A stretch of DNA of 63,581 nt, the filler included, from Octopus bimaculoides (taxonomy: Eukaryota), in assembly GCF_001194135.2 (NCBI RefSeq). It is 6 parts of 6 records of this genome, joined end to end, with 100 filler letters (N's around TTAATTAATTAA, not from the genome) between each part and the next. Parts side by side here need not be neighbours in the genome. Positions count along the whole stretch, not along the records: positions 1 to 13,839 come from NC_068996.1; positions 13,940 to 32,857 come from NC_068988.1; 4 more parts are not named here. The stretch is one strand, 5' to 3'. The position numbers were made by a program, and so were the translations under genes. Shown piece by piece: positions 13,142 to 23,490 of this stretch. The notes beneath the pieces were generated by a model that did not search any database, had not been told where the DNA came from, and saw only the letters and a list, made by a program, of their open reading frames with translations. Each line of letters opens with the position of its first letter. The first letter of the stretch is position 1.

Positions 13142-13629
13142 AAAGTGATGGTATATTGTCAACCTAGTGTGACAATCCCATGAAAAGGAAGAATGCTACT
13201 GCTATTTAGCCCCAACAAACACCGTTTCCTGTTGGCCTGGACACATTTCCTGTGTCCTTATGTTATCAAATGGGAGATAAGCACTTCCATCCAGCAAAGC
13301 CAGCATTCGGAGACTAGTTGCAGAGTCATTGCTAATTTTCAGTCTGGAGTAGCAAGGCTTGCTAGTTGTCGATGCCTATTCGCCTTTGAAAATAGGCATC
13401 GACAGCTAGCAAGCCATGCTACTCCAGACTAATGATGAGCAATGACTCTGAAACTAGTCTCAAGATGCTGGCTTTGGTGGGTGGAGAAGCTTATCTCTCC
13501 TTTGAAAACATAAAGACACAGGAAATGTGTCCAGGCCAACTAGAAACGGTGTTTCTTGGGGCTAAATAGCTGTAGCATTCTTCCTTTTCATGGGACTGTC
13601 ACACTAGGTTGACAACATACCATCACTTT
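13142..13629. repeat. Long palindrome B (~240-bp arms, 10-nt spacer at 13381-13390) with a degenerate hammerhead motif
   Basis: aaagtgatggtatattgtcaacctagtgtgac... pairs with ...gtcacactaggttgacaacataccatcacttt. The right arm reads ccaga-CTAATGA-tgag caatga ctct-GAAA-ctag-TC. Confidence 0.9.
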
Positions 13630-13638
13630 CTCGTGCTG

Positions 13639-13682
<44 letters not shown>

Positions 13683-13939
13683 GTCTGTTTGCCTGCCTGT
13701 TGTTAGTTCTCTGTCTATTTGTTCGGCTAAAGGCGGTGCTCCGGCATGGCCGCAGGCAAATGACTGAAACAAGTAAAAGAACACCAGAAGACATATACAC
13801 ACACGCGTATTTAGATATACACGTATATATATATATATANNNNNNNNNNNNNNNNNNNNNNNNNNNNNNNNNNNNNNNNNNNNTTAATTAATTAANNNNN
13901 NNNNNNNNNNNNNNNNNNNNNNNNNNNNNNNNNNNNNNN

Positions 13940-14036
13940 GTACTTTTCAAAAATAAATTATTTTTTTGTTTCTTTACTTTTTTAATTTTTTTTTTTAATC
14001 CAAAAATGTGTCAGATCATTTTGCCGGACCCTATAT
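13940..14036. mobile_element. Possible Tc1/mariner-type MITE terminus
   Basis: Ends ...gatcattttgccggaccc followed by TATA, resembling a CAGGG-type TIR plus TA target; the rest is lost in the gap. Confidence 0.3.
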
Positions 14037-14042
14037 ATCAAT

Positions 14043-14275
14043 CATCATCATCATCGTTTAACGTCTGCTTTCCGTGCTAGCATGGGTTGGACGATTGGTG
14101 AAACCAGATGGCTACACCAGGCTCCAGTCTGATTTGGCAGAGTTTCTACAGCTGGATGCCCTTCCTAACGCCAACCACTCCGAGAGTGTAGTGGGTGATT
14201 TTATGTGCCACCGGCATGACGGCCAGTCAGGCAGAGCTGGCAATGGCCACGCTCAAAATGGTGTATTTTACATGG
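14043..14275 (-). mobile_element. RTE LINE 3'-end fragment with (GAT)n tail
   Basis: Reverse complement of the 3' end of the 15.3-kb RTE (ggaagggcatccagctg...ggacgttaaacgatgatgat). Similar fragments lie at ~16825-17150, 35350-35735, 43425-43640, 49546-49958, 49990-50330 and 60530-60944. Confidence 0.8.
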
Positions 14276-14418
14276 AGAAAGGTTGAGTTCAATTAGAACA
14301 ATTTTACTTTGGGGCGGGGGGGCATAGTTAGATTTCTAATAAAGATTTTCATATTAAATCTGTAGCTTGCTATTGCAAGAATTTTATTAAAAATATGAAA
14401 ATTATACAAGTATAAGTT

Positions 14419-15005
14419 GTATTATGAGGATTTATTGAACACAGCCCTATATAAACTCAACAAAACAATCAAAGATAGAGAAGAGATGTTAAAAGGTTGA
14501 TAACATTTTAATCCATGCATACAATCGTTTTAAATGGTAACACCAACATGTAAGAAACATGGAAGAGATTAAATTAATTATAATTAATTTAATTATATAT
14601 TACCATTCTCATTTTTAGTTCTTACACAACTAAACTCAACACTACATAACCATGTTTTTATATTTTATATTTTATATTTCATCTTTCACATTCTTTTGTA
14701 TTAATATTCAAATGATTTATCCGATGCAAACTCAATGCAATATCCTGTAATAACATATTTCTTCTTCTGTTATGACTTTTCTGATGTTTCCTTCATTTTT
14801 TGCACTGATGAGAATAGTAGTATATAATTAAATTAATTATAATTAATTTAATCTCTTCCATGTTTCTTACATGTTGGTGTCACCATTTGAAACAATCGTA
14901 TGGAGGGATTAAAATGTTATCAAACTTTTAACATCTTCTCTTTTCCATCTTTAATTGTTTCGTTGAGTTTATATAGGACTGTGGTCTATAAATCTTCATA
15001 ATGCA
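14419..15005. repeat. Long imperfect inverted repeat C (arms 14419-14612 and 14808-15005), related to IR A
   Basis: The arms are reverse complements and share the cactgatgagaat...tttgaaac..tcgtatg skeleton with IR A. Confidence 0.9.
14801..14904 (+). ncRNA. Putative type I hammerhead ribozyme (right arm of IR C)
   Basis: tgca-CTGATGA-gaatagt...accattt-GAAA-caatcg-TA|tgga. The left arm supplies the alternative bases gaatggt, cgattg and tgca, giving a fully paired two-arm consensus. Confidence 0.6.
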
Positions 15006-15286
15006 CCTTGTCTTAGATTAGCTGACCGAAAACTCTTAGATTTTTCAATTCTATATTACTATTATCAACATTTGCTGTCTCGTTAAACTATGCTACACAA
15101 ATCCCAAAAGAATATCTCTCTCTCTCTCTCTCTCATGTTCTGGCTACTAACCCTAACCATCTCTGCCTTACTCTGTCTCTCTCGATCTCACTCTCTCTCT
15201 TTGGATTAGCTCTCGCTTCGCCAGGACTATAAACTAATGCATGCACCCCGATTTTCCCACGTGATCTTAATACCTTTGCATCACTA

Positions 15287-16645
15287 TGCCCGTGTTCTGT
15301 GCCATGAGGACCAAAGACTTGAGGTATTTCGTGTTGCAAGACAGTGTGTGAGAGAGAATAGTGATGTCGTAGGAGAGAAATGTGTCCACATGGATGATGG
15401 TACACTTGCACTAAACGAGACTGCAAAGAGAGAGGTTTGGAGATGCTACTATGAAAGGTTGCTTAATAAAGATAATGAATGGGAGAAAGAGAGTCTGCCG
15501 AATGTTGACCCAACAGAGGGACCAGCTATCCGAGTTGACAGTACCATGGTAGATAAAGCAATTAAGAGTATGAAGACAGTGAAAGCCCCCGGCCCATCAG
15601 GAATCACCGCAGAGATGCTCAAAATATCTGGTAGTGTCAGCTATAGCCTAGTCACCTATATAGTTAACCAGGTGATACACGAAGGAGTCATACCCAATGA
15701 CTGGTGTAGCAGCACCATAGTCAACTGCTACAAAGGTGAAGTTGGCGCTTTAGATACAAATAATTACAGAGGTATCAAGTTGTTGGATCAGGTAATGAAA
15801 GTCACAGAGAGGGTCATAGTCCAAATAATTAGGGAGAGAGTTAGTTTAGATGAGATGCAGTTTGGGTTCGTGCCAGGGAGAAGCACCACTGATGCTATAT
15901 TTCTGGTAAGACAGCTGCAGGAGAAATACCTAGCCAAAGATAAGCCTCTGTAGCTGGCTTTCGTTGACATGGAGAAAGCTTTTGAGAGGGTCCGCCGATC
16001 ACTTATCTAGTAGTCAATGAGGAAACTAAGGATAGAAGAATGATTAGTGAGAGCTGTGCGAGCCATGTAGAGAGACGCTGTCAGTAAGGTGAGGGTTGGC
16101 AATGAGTACAGTGAAGAACTCCGAGTAGAGGTACAGGTCCACCAAGGTTCAGTCCTCAGCCCCCTCCTATTTATCATAGGCCTTAGAGTCAACCTAGCTA
16201 AAACCAAAGCAACCTAGCTAAAATCAAAGTCCTAATAAGTAGGAAGGTAGACAAAACACAAACCCCTTCAGGTAGATGGCCCTGCTCGATCTGTAGAAAA
16301 GGTGTAGGTAGAAACTCTATACGATGTACCCAGTATAAGCTATGGACACATAAGAGGTGCATCAATATCAAAGGAAGGCTAACTAAGAAGATAGTTTTTG
16401 TATGTGGCAGATGTTCAGGAGCAATAAATACTGAAAATGTGCAGAAAACAACTTCTGCCACATAAAAATACCCTCTACACTCTCGGAGTGGTTGGCGTTA
16501 GGAAGGGCGTCCAGCTGTACAAACTCTGGCAAATCAGATTGGAGCCTGGTGTAGCCATCTGATTCGCCAGTCCTCAGTCAAATCGTCCAACCCATGCTAG
16601 CATAGAAGGCGGACGTTAAACGATGATGATGATGACGATGATGAT
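15287..16645 (+). mobile_element. 5'-truncated, internally deleted RTE-clade LINE (RT pseudogene)
   Basis: ORF ...KAPGPSGITAEMLK...NNYRGIKLL...QFGFVPGRSTTDAIF...*LAFVDMEKAF has stops, jumps from LSPLLFII to GLRVNLAKTK (YADD region missing), and ends in a (GAT)n tail. Confidence 0.9.
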
Positions 16646-17275
16646 GATAATATATATATTCATGCATACATACATATGTGCTTCCAAACCAACTGGTACA
16701 TACAGCACCTCAATTTTAAACAAGAGGTAACTGGTGCCCTATTTTATCATCATCATCATCATAATCATCATCATCATCATCATCATCATCTTCATCATCA
16801 TCATCATCACCATCATCATCATCATCGTTTAACGTCTACTTTCCATGCTCGCATGGGTTGGACAGTTTGACTTAGGGCTGCACCAGTCTCCAATCTGATC
16901 TGGCAAAGTTTCTACAACTGGATGCCCTTCCTAATGCCAACCACTCCGAGAGTGTAGTGGGTGCTTGTACGTGCCACTAGCACGAGTGCCAGTAAAGCAA
17001 TACTGGTATCGGCCAGGCTCAAATGGTGCTTTTTATGTGCTACCCGCACAGGAGCCAAACAGGTGGCACTGGCAACGACCATGCTTGAATGGTACCTTTT
17101 TTTTATGTCCCACCAGCACAGGAGCCAGTCAGTAGCCCTGGCAACAATCTGATCAATCTGGAAAAGTAAAGTCAACCTTGATGGGATTTGAAGAGCTGGA
17201 AGAAATCCTGGTAAGCATTTTATCCAACTGACTAATTATTCTACCAGCTCACTGCCTTTATGTGTGTGTGTGTGT

Positions 17276-17315
<40 letters not shown>

Positions 17316-17520
17316 NNNNNNNNNNNNNNNNNNNNNNNNNNNNNNNNNNNNNNNNNNNNNNNNNNNNNNNNNNNNNNNNNNNNNNNNNNNNNNNNNNNNN
17401 NNNNNNNNNNNNNNNNNNNNNNNNNNNNNNNNNNNNNNNNNNNNNNNNNNNNNNNNNNNNNNNNNNNNNNNNNNNNNNNNNNNNNNNNNNNNNNNNNNNN
17501 NNNNNNNNNNNNNNNNNNNN

Positions 17521-17565
<45 letters not shown>

Positions 17566-17886
17566 TATAATATGAATATATAGATATATGCATACATCCA
17601 TACATATAAGTACATACCTACATCTATATGTATGCATACATGCATATATGAGTACAGGATAACAAAAAAACGTTAAACACAATGAGAAATGAAAACCAAA
17701 AACAGAAAACGAACTTTTTTCTAACAATGAAAATAAACACAGAAACGAGACATGCAGCAAAAAGAGTATATCCCTTTGTCAGTTGTCCCTGTCCATCTAC
17801 TCCGCGTTTCAAAGGCAAGGACAATACGCGATTTCATTGGAACAGTCCTTCCCGCATATTTATATATATACACATAGACATGTATT

Positions 17887-17926
<40 letters not shown>

Positions 17927-18002
17927 GACCTGTATTTATACAGACATTTATATATATACATATATATACCAATATCTATATATATCTATATATATATATA
18001 AT

Positions 18003-18260
18003 CCGAAATGTAAAGTATTATATATCAGTCATGGCTGATCTTACCAATTGGTTTCATGCAAGGAATACAGTGGAGTGTAAACCAGTTGTGTGAATCCACC
18101 TCCAACAATGAAGAGCAGCCACCATATTCCCTTCCATATTGGCAAACTGATGAGCATCAGATTATATAATTGGATTGCTACCTAACACTTTGTTGAATTC
18201 CTTTTGTGAAACCAATTGGTAAGATCAGCTGTGATGGATATATAATACTGTACATTTTGG
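18003..18260. repeat. Inverted repeat D (arms ~18003-18067 and 18197-18260) carrying the 3' half of a hammerhead motif
   Basis: gctgatcttaccaattggtttc / gaaaccaattggtaagatcagc, i.e. GAAA-ccaattgg-TA. Confidence 0.85.
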
Positions 18261-18594
18261 GTAATATACCCACTCTATTGACAGATATACGAGTGCATCT
18301 TTTCCCTGACTTATGGTCTCTTAGAGGACTTACACATGTATATATATATATATAAAATTCTGAGATTTATGATTCCATTACAATTCACGCTGAAGAGAAA
18401 CAGACATTCAGTAAGAATGTTAATTTTGAAACTAGTTCGTGTTTAATAATGTTTTATTTCTGTAATTTTCACTGTATTGCCTGCTTATGCTTTGGTATTC
18501 CGCTGAATTTTGTTTTGAGAACAATTTAGGTCTTAGTAGACACAAGATGTGGTCTATTTCTAGCACATTAAATGTCCACTTTAGTGGTCAACGT

Positions 18595-18629
<35 letters not shown>

Positions 18630-18846
18630 GGTACTGAATGGTATGGCACTCACATTTGTGGCAAGCCGTAGACTGGGGTGGCACTTTGCTAGCAATTTCT
18701 TACATTTCTGTGGAAGGAATATGGTGAAGATGTTGGCAACAGGACATTGGATAACCAATGTCTTGAACCATGCTTGTTACACTCTTGTACACCACTTGGT
18801 ACCTCGCATGGAGGTCCAGAGAGACAGTCCGGTGGAGGAATGACAC

Positions 18847-18885
18847 CAACTGCCTTACTACCTGCCGAAGGTAGTAAGGCAGTTG
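18847..18885. repeat. Perfect 17-bp hairpin with 5-nt loop
   Basis: caactgccttactacct-gccga-aggtagtaaggcagttg. Confidence 0.9.
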
Positions 18886-19577
18886 AACGTAGTAAGAAGT
18901 GGGTGCAGCAGATCTCATTGCTACAGCAGATTAAGAGCAGATCTTGCACCTCACATTCAAGCCTGTTGGAGAAGCTTTCTGAACAGATGAATCAACACTG
19001 ACTCATGGTGGACCACTGATGATATAGGAAAGACTATATTGCTAATTCAAAAGGTTAAGCATTGCGAAACAGTATCCTGCTGATTCAGCTAAAGAATTAT
19101 TTTAGGAGTACAAATAGCTGTGGAAAACTCACCAACCCATCAATGAGTAAGCTGTTCAATCAACTGAAGAAACAGGAAGATACATTGTTGAAACCAATAC
19201 AGGATCTGCTGTCTCACACATACACACACACCACACCACACACAAATACATACACTCACACACACACATACCACACCACACACAAATACATACACTCACA
19301 CACACACATACGTGGATATATATTTTATTATTCTGATTCTCTGATTTATATTTTAAAGAAAAGTTATGAATGACTACTTCAAATAAGTTACCAGACACCA
19401 CAAACATATATACAGCTCTCTATGTATGTGTGTTCATGTGAACGTGTATAGCTAGATAGAAAATAGATACCACATTCATATAAATATCTATTACTATATA
19501 TAAGAGATTGATAAATAGATATACATATATATATACACACATATGTACATGTATATATATACATATACATATGTATA

Positions 19578-19629
<52 letters not shown>

Positions 19630-19855
19630 NNNNNNNNNNNNNNNNNNNNNNNNNNNNNNNNNNNNNNNNNNNNNNNNNNNNNNNNNNNNNNNNNNNNNNN
19701 NNNNNNNNNNNNNNNNNNNNNNNNNNNNNNNNNNNNNNNNNNNNNNNNNNNNNNNNNNNNNNNNNNNNNNNNNNNNNNNNNNNNNNNNNGGTTAAAAATC
19801 TCTTGCAGTACATCTGTTTATTTCAGTTTCTTCCGAATTGTTATGTAGATGTTAT

Positions 19856-20282
19856 ATTTGTCAGAAGTGTGTGCATAGGAGTTGAAAATGCTGGAAAATA
19901 TTTTCTGCAGAGCAATAATATCAAAACAACAGTTTGGAAAATTTGGGGATATTATTTATTCACCATTACACGTGTTTCATTTGCAAATAGGAGTTACAAA
20001 ATTGTACATGTAATAGGAAATATGTAAGATATCTCCTATTAGAAATTCTTCAGACAGAGATTTAGATAATATTTGAATCTCTGTCAAAAGGATTTCTAAT
20101 AGGTGACATCTCACTTGTTTTCTACCACATGTACAATTTTGTAACTCCTATTAGTAAATGAAACACGTGTAATGGTGAATAAATAATATCCCCAAATTTT
20201 CCAATCTGTTGTTCTGATATTATTGCTCTGCAGAAAATATTTCCAAGAATTTTCAACTCCTATGCACACACTTCACACAAAT
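19856..20282. repeat. Long palindrome E (~207-bp arms, ~13-nt spacer) with a hammerhead motif
   Basis: The arms are reverse complements around position 20069. The left arm on the minus strand reads CTGAAGA-atttctaataggag...ctcctatttgcaaat-GAAA-cacgtg-TA. Confidence 0.9.
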
Positions 20283-20291
20283 TATTTTTCA

Positions 20292-20323
<32 letters not shown>

Positions 20324-20379
20324 GTTTGATTTCATATTTTGGTACAACATGCTAATGGTTCTGCTACCTTCATGGTGAT

Positions 20380-20380
20380 T

Positions 20381-20414
<34 letters not shown>

Positions 20415-20415
20415 C

Positions 20416-20447
<32 letters not shown>

Positions 20448-20469
20448 CGATGATGATGATGATGATGAC

Positions 20470-20529
<60 letters not shown>

Positions 20530-20550
20530 AATAATAATGATAATAATAAT
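20380..20550. repeat. (GAT)n microsatellite
   Basis: Long, near-pure GAT array. Confidence 0.95.
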
Positions 20551-21034
20551 AACAATTGTTCCAAATTTTGGCGTAAGACCATAAATTTTGAGACAGTGGA
20601 GGATAGTCGATTGTACTGACCTCAATGTTCAACTAGTACTCCATTTTATCAATCTTAAAAGAATGAAAGGTGAAGTTGGCCTTATTGGGATTTTAGCTTG
20701 GCACATGAAGAGCAGGAAGAAATGCTGCTAAGCATTTAGTTCATTGCACTAATAATTCTGCCACTTTACATCCTGAATAATCCTTTCTATTCTAGGCACA
20801 AGGCCTGAAATTTTTAGGGAGGGGGCCAGTCGATTAGATTGACCCCAGTATGCAACTGATATTTAATTTATCAACCCCGAAAGGATGAATAACAAAGTCG
20901 ACCTTGGCAGAATTTGAACTCAGAACGTAAAGACAGACAAAATACCAGTAAGCATTTCGCCGGCATGCTAACGTTTCTGCCAGCTTGTCACCTTTTTACT
21001 TCCTAAATAATAATATAATATTAATAATAACAAG

Positions 21035-21365
21035 GTGCATGGCTCAGTGGTTAGAGCATCAGGCTCTCAATCATGAGGTAGTGAGTTTGATGCTTGGACC
21101 AGGCTCTGAGCTATGTTCTTGAGCAAGACACTTTATTTCACGTTGCTCCAGTTCACTCAGCTGTAGAAATGAGTTGCGACATCACTGGTGCCAAGCTGTA
21201 TCGGCCTTTGCCTTTCCCTTGGATAACATCAGTGGCATGGAGATGATAGGCTGGTATACATGGGCAACAGCTGGTCTCCTATAAACAACGTTGCTTGGAC
21301 TTGTGCCTCGGAGGGTAACCTTCTAGGTGCAATCCCATGGTCATTCATGTCCAAAGGGGGTCTTT
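21035..21365 (+). mobile_element. tRNA-derived SINE, family C
   Basis: Head ggctcagtggttagagc...gtgagtttgatgc, core ttgagcaagacactt; fragments recur at ~24585-24700 (+) and ~37250-37425 (-). Confidence 0.65.
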
Positions 21366-22031
21366 ACTCTTTGATAATAACAATAATTCTTTCAAATTCT
21401 GGCACAAGGGCAGAAATTTTTGCGGGAGAGTGTTAGTTGATTACATTGATCTCAGTGCTCCACTGGTACTTTTTATACCAGAACATAATGAGTCAAAGAA
21501 ACTCTGCTAAGCATTATTTTGTCTGATGCTTTGTCAATTCTGCTAACTTGTTGCCTTAATAGAATTATAATGATAATGATGATGGTAATTTCCTATTGTG
21601 CTAATTTTCATGTGGTAGTGTAATCTTAAAATTAATTAGCTAATTGGACAGTGCTGTTTTCAATTAATGAACAATTAATTTATTAATAAGCTAAAGGTGA
21701 GTGCATGTACATATACATATTCAAGCATGCACAAGTGTATATTTGCATATTTTGAGAAGGCACTGGCATAGTTGAATGATTAAGGAACTTTGGAAACATA
21801 AAGTCCCAACTTAGAACATAGACACCCCTTGTGTGTCTATGTTCTATAATAGCCTTAGATTGAACTAAACAGTATGAGTAAAATTAAATAGAAAGTGAAT
21901 AGAAGCCCATTGGTGGGATTGTATATGAAATCACAAAATCCAGGTGATTTTACCTTTGTTCAAGTGCCTGTGGAATATTCAACCCCCCACTCCCCTTCCC
22001 TGATCTACTTTCTGTATCCTCATATATATAT

Positions 22032-22345
22032 ACCGGAGTAAGCACATAAATGTGAAACAAGGTGGAAAAAAGAGTACTCAAATACCAGAGGTAGAGTAAT
22101 ATGCTTTATTTAAAAGCAGCAGAAATATAACAAAAGCTGTTACTCAGAGTTTCACGTTCCCGTTCGTTGCACAGTTTTATTAAAAAAGAAAACACACCAT
22201 CAAAAGCATTTTTAAAACTCATCTCTGTAGCAAAAATACAATTTGTTTTGAATACATTTTTTTTTTAACAAAACTGTCCGACGAACGGGAACGTGAAACT
22301 CTGAGTAACAACTTTTGTTATATTTCTGCTGGTTTTAAATAAAGT
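22032..22345. repeat. Inverted repeat F (arms ~22100-22172 and 22263-22345) with hammerhead-like arms, flanked by (TA)n
   Basis: cagaaatataacaaaagctgttactcagagtttcacgttcccgttcg / cgaacgggaacgtgaaactctgagtaacaacttttgttatatttctg. Confidence 0.9.
22267..22320 (+). ncRNA. Putative minimal hammerhead ribozyme, U4C variant
   Basis: aacaaaactgt-CCGACGA-acg ggaa cgt-GAAA-ctctgag-TA|acaacttttgtt; compact stem II with a tetraloop and a near-palindromic stem III. Confidence 0.55.
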
Positions 22346-22532
22346 ATATATATATATATATATGACTAGTTGATCACATCAACCCCAATGTTTCAATGAT
22401 ACTTATTTATTGACTTCGGAAAGATAAAAGGCAAAGTTGAGCTCAGTGGAATTTGAACTCAAAATATGCAGTCAGACAAAATGCCACTAAGCATTTTTCC
22501 CTGTGTGCTAACGATTCTGCTAATGCACCACC

Positions 22533-22566
<34 letters not shown>

Positions 22567-23106
22567 TAAATTTTTTTTTACTATAGATACAAAGCCTAAA
22601 ATTTGGGGGCATTTTGCCTGGTGTGCTAATGATACTGCTAGCTCACTGCGTTTAATAATAATAATAATAATAATAATAAGAAGAAGAAGAAGAAGAAGAA
22701 GAAGAAATGCCTTCTTAACGATACATTAGTCTCAAGAGATAATAGTGTATTTCTAAAAGACATGGACAAATTTTCTAAATATAAAAACCTCACTATATAA
22801 ATGGAGATATACCGAAAATGGGACCTGAAAATAGAAACAACCCCTATAATAATAATAAGTGCTTTGTGCTTTGGGAATAATAAAAAAAAATCTTGCAAGG
22901 AAATACATAATTACAACTCAAGAACTTACAAATATGCAGAGCGCACAGAAAGTAGCACCACTAGGCACCACACATATATTAAGTAGGGCACTTTGAAAAA
23001 CAGTGTATATAAATATCATAAAACTAAAACAAAATATTGCACATACTCTAGGCACACAGAGTTGCATTTAGTAGTGCAGTGAAAGCACATGATAAAAATA
23101 AGACAA

Positions 23107-23153
<47 letters not shown>

Positions 23154-23159
23154 TAATAA

Positions 23160-23219
<60 letters not shown>

Positions 23220-23445
23220 TAATTCTTTCTGCTATAGGCGCAAGGCCTAGATTTTGCGGAGAGGGGGAACAGTTGATCACATTGACCCCAGTACTCAACT
23301 GGTACTTAATTTATTGTTCCCAAAAGGATTAAAGGCAAAGCCGAACTCGGCGGAATTTGAACTCAAAACGTAGCAGCAGATGAAATACCGCTAAGCATTT
23401 TGCCTGACATGTTAACGATTCTGCCAGCTCGCCACCTTAATAATG

Positions 23446-23490
<45 letters not shown>

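Noticed and set aside
13884-13895. TTAATTAATTAA islands in the middle of N runs (also ~32902, 56603, 60989, 62170)
   Set aside because: An identical 12-mer centred in roughly 100-bp gaps, with stops in all six frames, is an assembly/scaffolding linker, not biology.
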